Origin: the human T2T-CHM13v2.0 reference genome, Homo sapiens
DNA: 64,000 bases
Assembly: GCF_009914755.1 (NCBI RefSeq)
Contig: NC_060932.1
Reading direction: 5' to 3' (one strand)
In this document: positions 56,796 to 64,000 of the stretch, one piece after another
Layout: each line of letters opens with the position of its first letter
How positions within the stretch are numbered: position 1 is the first letter of the stretch
Translations under genes and position numbers: made by a program
The notes under the pieces: generated by a model
What the model was told of the DNA's origin: nothing
The model's database searches: none
What the model saw: the letters and a program-made list of their open reading frames with translations, nothing else

Positions 56796-58939
56796 ACAAT
56801 TTAAATTTGTTCTTATTCATACTTTAATTTCACTAACAATTAAGAGTTGCTTCAGTAAAGTCTGTGACCAAAAAAAAAAAAAAAAAAAAAAACACACCAA
56901 AAAACAAAAACAAAAAAATTCAACAGTTTGCCTTCTAGTCAAGCATCTGTTCCTAGTCTTGAAAATAGGAAATGTGTTATCCATCTCACTGTGAGGAAGT
57001 ATCTGGGTTGTGTGTGTTATGAAATGTTGTGTCAAAGTGGGTCTGGAAGCCAGTTGCTTTAAAACTTGATAGCATTTTCTTATGTTGTTGGTCATGTCTT
57101 TGTAATTGATAAATTTGCCTTTCTAGCTGGCAGTTAATTTAAAGATGGCTTTAGGTTGTTTCTACCTCAAAGCAAAACAAAAAAGCAAGCAAAAAAATCC
57201 ATGCTCCCAAATGGAATTAATGAAAAAGAGTTGTTGGTGTTACAAATATGAAATAATAATATTGAATATTGAATATTTGGGACTTTTCAAATTAAACAGA
57301 ATATTATTGTGTTTTTCTATATGAAGTTTGTTTTGTAGAATGCTTTAAAAATGGGTTTCAATGGAGACTTTCTTTTCTTTCTTTAATACTCTATTCTCCG
57401 TATTTCCATGAATAAGACCTTGCATTTCTAGGTTATACTAGAATATACCATGGGCAAAGTTACTAAAATTGATAGGTAAATTTTTTTAAGCAAAGGAAAC
57501 ATATATGAAAACAGTCCAAAGTTAATTTGATTTTTAGTTATTTTGTTTTAAAATAACCAATATTTGGATACACCGGGAGAGGACTTAAGCAACTTTCCAC
57601 CAGTAGATAGTTCTATTTAATACAGTAGATCCCAACTGAAAAGTCAAGCTCTCAAAGTGATCTTTCTTATCCTCTCTTTTTTGTCTATTCTGAATTTTTA
57701 TTGTTGCACTTCAGCTGTCTCTTTCTCTCTTAAACTCTAAAGAAATATACAAACTACCTTTTCTGTGAAATTATTAGCACTTAGTATTATAAAGTTAAAA
57801 TGATGCTATTTCTGATAATAAAGTATCTGATTAAGTATTTGGTGTCTCTTCAGAAATGCTCCTTAGACTTTAATCCAAAATGTTTCTAAATAACATGAAA
57901 TAAGTTATTAAACACACTGTTCTCTAATAATATTTTACATTATAATGAAATTTTATTTACATATTAGGATTATTTCCCTTGATAATAGAGGTACGATATA
58001 ATAGCTTGTTCCTAGAACTTCTAGAAACTTTACTTCTGCTACAATATTTTTTGTTACTCCTCGAAAAATCCTATAAGAATGCCAAGTAGTATTATATTCA
58101 TTTTACAGATAGAAAATCAATAATCTCTAGAAAGAATTGATTTCCTAAGAATTACAAATAGTGACCATGATGAAAAGCAGCACTCCCCATTCAACTACTT
58201 GCTATTCAAATCATTCGTATACCCTGGCAGGATTCTAATTCTGAAAGCTGTGCCTTGCATAAGTTGAGTCAGTGTTTGGAATATTTATTCAGACACAATT
58301 GTCCAGAATAATTCTGACAGTCGCCATCTATAACATGAAAATATATTCGTTATATTTTTTGTGTGTGATTTTAGTTCTTTATCTTTCCAATAGTATTTTA
58401 ATTCTATCGTGTGAAAAAGGACTTTTATTTGCTCCGCTTTAATTATACTTTTGTTTTTTTAACTATTTCATTATAAGAGTCTCTAAAGGAGACCCTTTAG
58501 AACATGACTCTGGCATTTATTCTAGCCTATATTTTAGATTTTCTTCTCCACAGGGTGGCCTCTAAGGCCTTTGGATTTTGGGTAAAGGAATGGTACTCAG
58601 GGGATAGAAAAATTCCCTCCCAGGGGACCGATCCAGTGAGGGTCAGGATTCTGGCCCAGGGAAAGAAAAGTAGTGACTGAGTTGAGACTGGGAGCTTGAC
58701 AGCCACAGTGTTTGCCAAGCAATGGTTGGAAGTGTATTTTTAATCACGGGGCAAAGAGAGAGACCGAGGACTCCGTACTTGCCATGGATGCTGTCATACT
58801 TCAGAACAGCAGCACAGGAATGAGATAAGGAAAGTATGTCAAAATATCTTTTTTCTAGCAAAATTTTGGAGTGTAAGCATTTGTATTTGGTGGGAAGAGG
58901 TCTTTTTATACCACATAGGAAGAGAGCCTTGATTTAGAG

Positions 58940-59162
58940 CAGGGTGTCCAATCTTTTAGCTTCCCTGGGCCACATTGGAAGAAGAAGGATTGTCTTGGGC
59001 CACACATAAAATACACTAGTGAAAGCTGATGAACAACAACAACAACAAAAAAAAAAAAAAAAAAAAAAAGCAAAAAAATCTCATAATGTGTTAAGAAAGT
59101 TTACAAATTTGTGTTGGGCCCCATTCAAAGCTGTCCTGCAGGTTGTGGGTTGTACAAGCTTG
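58940..59162 (+). mobile_element. MER30 hAT-Charlie MITE
   Basis: cagggtgtccaatctttt...ggttgtacaagcttg; 8-bp TSD atttagag/atgtagag. Confidence 0.92.
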
Positions 59163-59449
59163 ATGTAGAGATCAGCCTTAAAGCTAATTTCTGCCTGACT
59201 TATAGGAAGGTGAAGGTTTACCATATTTCCATTCTGGTGCCCCTGTCTGTGCCTCTCAGAGACTAGTTCTCAGTTTACCTGGGTTCAACAAGGATAAAGA
59301 CAGTAGAAATCTAATTTCACAAGTGTGTGCAAAAATTTCATTGAAATACTAAGTAATAGCAGTAAAAACCCTATTTTTTGATCCTCCTATGAAAGAAGAG
59401 ATTTCTTATTAATAAAAGGTGTTAATATCTAACCACTACTAATAGAAGT

Positions 59450-60195
59450 TATCCTTTCAACAATTATTTAAGGTCAAGTACCAGTGTAAGTTCTAAAGAT
59501 ACAATGCTGAAAAAAGGGGCCAAAAGATATGTATTCCCTTCTTTCAGGCAACTTTACGTGGTGGCAAAAGGGGAAGATATTAATCCACCTCATCATAGTG
59601 GGGAATGTTTAATTGCAAACTGGAATTCGGTTTTAGAACAATAATTGTGGTTCTTTGAGAACAATAACCAATAGGGCTGACTTAGACTGAGGGTTCAGTC
59701 TAAACTGCTTTGGATAGTTTTCCCCAAGGTAATCCTTCAGGTGCAATCTAAAGGAGGAGTAGAAACAGAGCAGGTGAGGTTGGGGTAGAAGAGGTTGCAC
59801 ACAGAGATAGGTAAGTATCTGTGAGTAGGGGATGGAGGAAGACTGGAAAGAGAGGAGCTAGAGTCATGCTGAATTGCTGAGGTCAATTTAAGGAATGTGG
59901 TCTTCATCTAAGGACTTTTGGAAGCCAGTAAAGGGTTTGTAAGCAGAAAAGATCTTTCTGGCTGTAGTATAGAGAACAGTTTGTTGTGGGTGTCATAACT
60001 GATGGGACAGACCGTTGGAAAAGCTATCACAGTGGCCAGGGAAAAGAGAATGCTAATTTACATTAAAGTGGAGCAAGATGGAAAGAGATAAATAACTCAG
60101 AAAATAGTTTGCTAGGCTAACGGTGGAACTCAGGGATGGGGCAGTAATGGAGGGTTAGGAGAGAAGGAAGGGAGTCACGCGTCACTCCTACTTAT
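59450..60195 (-). mobile_element. L2 fragment (continues at ~61080-62000)
   Basis: ggaagccagtaaagggtttgtaagcag...tctggctgtagtatagagaa; resumes tttggacatgtcaagtgtgagatgtct. Confidence 0.65.
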
Positions 60196-60199
60196 GTAA

Positions 60200-60506
60200 T
60201 TTTTAAAAACAGTTCTATTAAGATACCACTTACATGCCATAAGATTTCCCACTTTTAAGTGTACAACTCAATAAATTTTAGTATATTTTTAGAACTGTAC
60301 TGCCATCACCAAAGTCTAATTTTAAAACATTTTCAACACCCTAGAAAGAAATCCTATGCTCATTTGCAGCTACTCCCCATTACCATCCCTAGCCCTACAA
60401 AGCAGCTATTCTACAGATTTGCCTTTTCTGGACATTTCATATAAATGGAATCATACATGGTTTTTTTAAACAATCTGGTTTCTTTCATGCAGCATAATGT
60501 TTGAGG
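60200..60506 (-). mobile_element. L1MB-like 3' fragment
   Basis: ttttaagtgtacaactca...agatttgccttttctggacatttcatataaatggaatcatac. Confidence 0.85.
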
Positions 60507-60512
60507 CACACG

Positions 60513-61036
60513 TGTAGGGGAGAAAAAAGTCTTTTCCTCACCCATCCTACATTCATGACTGAGGCCCCTATAACAAAGATAGATTAACAAAAGAAAAGCA
60601 TACATATTTATTTAATATACCTTTTATATGACCCAGAAGCCCTCATAGGGAATGAAGACCCCAATAAATGGTTAAATTTGTGTATTTTTATGCTAGGTTT
60701 GATGAAGAAGTAGATAGTCATGGAGAAATAGAATTGGACAAAAGAGGATGATCTAATGGCCATGTACTAGGGAATACTTAGCAAGGTCCATTTGTTCAGG
60801 ATTTTCTCTGGGTCTCTCCCTGTGTCTTCAGAGATTAGGATGTTCCTTTCTTCTGGGTAAGGGAAGGCACCTCTGGAATGAGGGTCTTATGACCCTCAGA
60901 AAGTCAGAAAAGCTTTCCTAGGTTATTAGACCTGCTTCAGGGACAAGACTAGGAGAAAGTGAGGGTGAGAAAGTGAGGGTGACCTCCCTACTGCTGTTTT
61001 CTCAAATGCCAGTGCAGCATGTCACGAACCCCATCA
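60513..61036 (-). mobile_element. Solo ERV1 MER4/MER34-group LTR (LTR54-like)
   Basis: tgtaggggagaaaaaag...acaaagatagattaacaaaagaaaagcatac...gaaccccatca. Confidence 0.7.
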
Positions 61037-61375
61037 CATTTATTCTGTGGCCCTCTAGCCAATTTGAAACCTGATGGTTTCTTTATTTGAGGTGTAGCGC
61101 CAGAAGAGAAGCAGGGTTGGCAACAGCAAGGGAGAAATGATGCGTTAGATTTTGGACATGTCAAGTGTGAGATGTCTTTTGGACAGCCAATGGAAATATC
61201 TAATTTTTACAAATGGTAATGGAAGCATGGAGCATGGATGAAAAAAAAAAAAGACGGGGGAATAATTATGGCCTAGGTCTGTGCCTTGTAGAACTCACAA
61301 CATTTTAATGGTTGTATAAAGGATAAATTGGAAGGAAACCGAGAAAAGGGTGTCCATTGAGATAAGAGGAAAATC

Positions 61376-61699
<324 letters not shown>

Positions 61700-63739
61700 G
61701 CGGGGGAGAGTCAGGAGCAAAGTGAAGAGAATATTTCAAGGAAAAAGGAACTGTTAAAGGTCATATCTGTCAAATGATACAGACATGTCTACTAAGTCAG
61801 GGGCTGAAAGTTTCCATTGGTATTATCATCTTGGATGCCATTTTTGACCTGGGTGGGAGCTGTGTTGCTTGGAGTAGGTTGGTTGGAGCAGATTGGAGTA
61901 TATTAAAGACTGGGTGACAAACCCAGTGAAAAGATGCAAAACCATCCTTCTGTGAAGAAGAGAGATATGTGCAATGTAAATCTGAATGATGTTTTTAAAA
62001 ACATGGTAGCAATTTGACCATAGCTGAATGTTGACTAGAAGGATCAATACAGGAAACATGCAAAGTTATATATAGGAAAGAGATGGCAAACATGATGGGT
62101 GAGCATTGTGGAGGAGTGGGATCAAAGGCATACTTGGAGGAACAGGAAACTGGATGCTCCTCCAGTGTACTGGGAAGGAAAATGCAGGACTGGGTAGAGA
62201 TATGGGTAGATTTATGTTGGTTTTAGGAATTATCATTAGCCATATTGATACATTTGGATGGATATGGCTGGAGGTTGGCTGAATTTCGTCATCAGGCATC
62301 AGCACAGAGCCATGGTGATTGTGTATAAAGGATCCACAAACCCGGATTTCTTGGCTCAAAACTCATAATCGCTAAAGGAAATGTGTGATTTACACCATAG
62401 TTGGCAACATTTTTATTTTTCAGAAATTACCCTGTGTATTTTTATTACTTTTATTCCTAGGATCTTTTTTCCCTATTAGATCCTGTTCCTCAACATTTGC
62501 TTCCAAGCATTCAGCAATGCTTTGAAACTTTTCTTGCTTGAAAATGGAACCCAACCAATTCAGTATAAAGCAGAATGTGAATAACACTGCAGTAAGCAAC
62601 TCTACCATTTGAATCAGCACTTGGCTCCTTCACACCCCTTAACTTTAATCATGACAATTGATCTGCAAATCAAGTTGAGGGAAGAGCTTGGGGATTGGTT
62701 CAGATGAATAGCTTCAATAAATGAAATGTTTCTCTAGCTAAGAATAAACACCACACCACAGGGGCAATTATGATCAGGGCAAGATTCAGTTTTATTTTTT
62801 ACTATCCTCCTGCCAGTTTGCAAGTCCATGCATTAGCAAACATTTTAGACCTAAGAGCTGGTAGGCACCTACATGAAGTCGATAATTACACTTAAGAGAA
62901 AACTCAACTTTAGCCATCCTTTGTGGAAGATTGAGTATTAGCCTTGCTATCATTTAGTTCTCCCTCTTGGTTGTTTATTTCTTTGATTCATCATAACTTA
63001 ACTGACCGAATGACAGAAATTTCCCCACCCAACAAACCACATGTGATTCAGTGACTGTACTGAGTGTACAAAGATCATTTGTTGGGGAAACTTTGTTCTC
63101 TGGAGTGAACACTTTTAAACAAATGTGGCAAATATATTTTAATTATGTCTGTGCTGGCATCATTTAGCCAGAGGAAACATTTTTTTGAGGAGCCATTTAA
63201 TCTCCCTTTGAAAGTTTTGGGTTTAATGTAGAAAAGCTTTATGAGAAGAGTAGCTTAGAGGGAGGAATAGGGCCCAGGACAAGCTCCAGGAGCACTGCAA
63301 GCTGTTTATAAGCAGCATGGAACAGACCTGTCTTCATTCTCAAGCAGGGCATTAATAATATGGAACAGTTAATGCCTTCTATTGCTTCTCAGCTATTGCT
63401 CATTAGTTGGAGCATTGCATGATATTGAAAAACATCCATGAATCATGCAGACACAAACATTTCATTCTCTCATCCCCTACCCTTACAATGTTTTATTAAT
63501 GCTTATACTGGAAATGCAAAATATCTGACACTCTAATTGGATTCTGTGCAAGTGAAACTATCAAATTGGGAATAGTAAACATCTTGCACCACTCAAACCC
63601 TAAACAGTATTGAACAACAACAAAAACAAATTATCACCCTCACCTTTCATTTTAAATAATTGATTTCATATTTGAATGACATTAAGCCATGTATTCTGAT
63701 AGTATTAATTAGTTTTCAAGGAAATATGTCTTTGCCTCT

Positions 63740-64000
63740 TGTCTTAGTCTATTTTCTGAATAAGAAAATAAATTTATTTCTTATAGTTCTGGAGACTGGG
63801 AAGTCCAAGAGCATAGTGCTAGCATCTGTTGAGGGCCTTCCTACTGCATCATAACATGGTGGAGGGCATTATATGGCGAGAGGGAGAAAGCCAGAGAGAG
63901 CTTGCTTTTATAGTAAAGCCACTCCCATGATAAGGAACCCACTGTCCTGATAGTGACACTAACCCATTCATGAGGGCAGAGAGATGTTTTTAACCCATTA
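63740..64000 (-). mobile_element. MST (MSTC/D-like) LTR, cut by the window edge
   Basis: tgtcttagtct...atagttctggagactgggaagtccaaga...cccattcatgagggcagag. Confidence 0.85.

Noticed and set aside
58168-58244. Box C (ATGATGA) ... box D (CTGA) spacing resembling a C/D snoRNA
   Set aside because: No terminal stem and no recognisable rRNA/snRNA guide; such box pairs are frequent by chance.
59682-59703. 9-bp hairpin ttagactga-gggt-tcagtctaa
   Set aside because: Arm length is near chance level and it lies within degenerate L2.

Overview
AT-rich, CpG-depleted primate (human-like) genomic DNA, most likely deep inside a large intron or intergenic. No credible multi-codon CDS, rRNA, tRNA or CRISPR array is visible, and the supplied ORFs are chance or Alu-derived. 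Much of the window is interspersed repeats: Alu, L1, L2, MIR, CR1, MaLR/ERVL/ERV1 LTRs and Tigger/hAT MITEs. Family calls come from remembered consensus sequences, so subfamilies and the boundaries of old repeats are approximate. The best functional candidate is a 9-nt, frame-preserving, SRRM4-type microexon on the + strand (55713-55721, GGTCCAAAT), with a perfect hairpin about 100 nt downstream. Other notable items are several local templated or template-switch duplications (one inverted copy pasted inside an L1) and an apparently chimeric MLT2/MaLR provirus. I could not identify the host gene and see no convincing evidence of a new multi-gene system.
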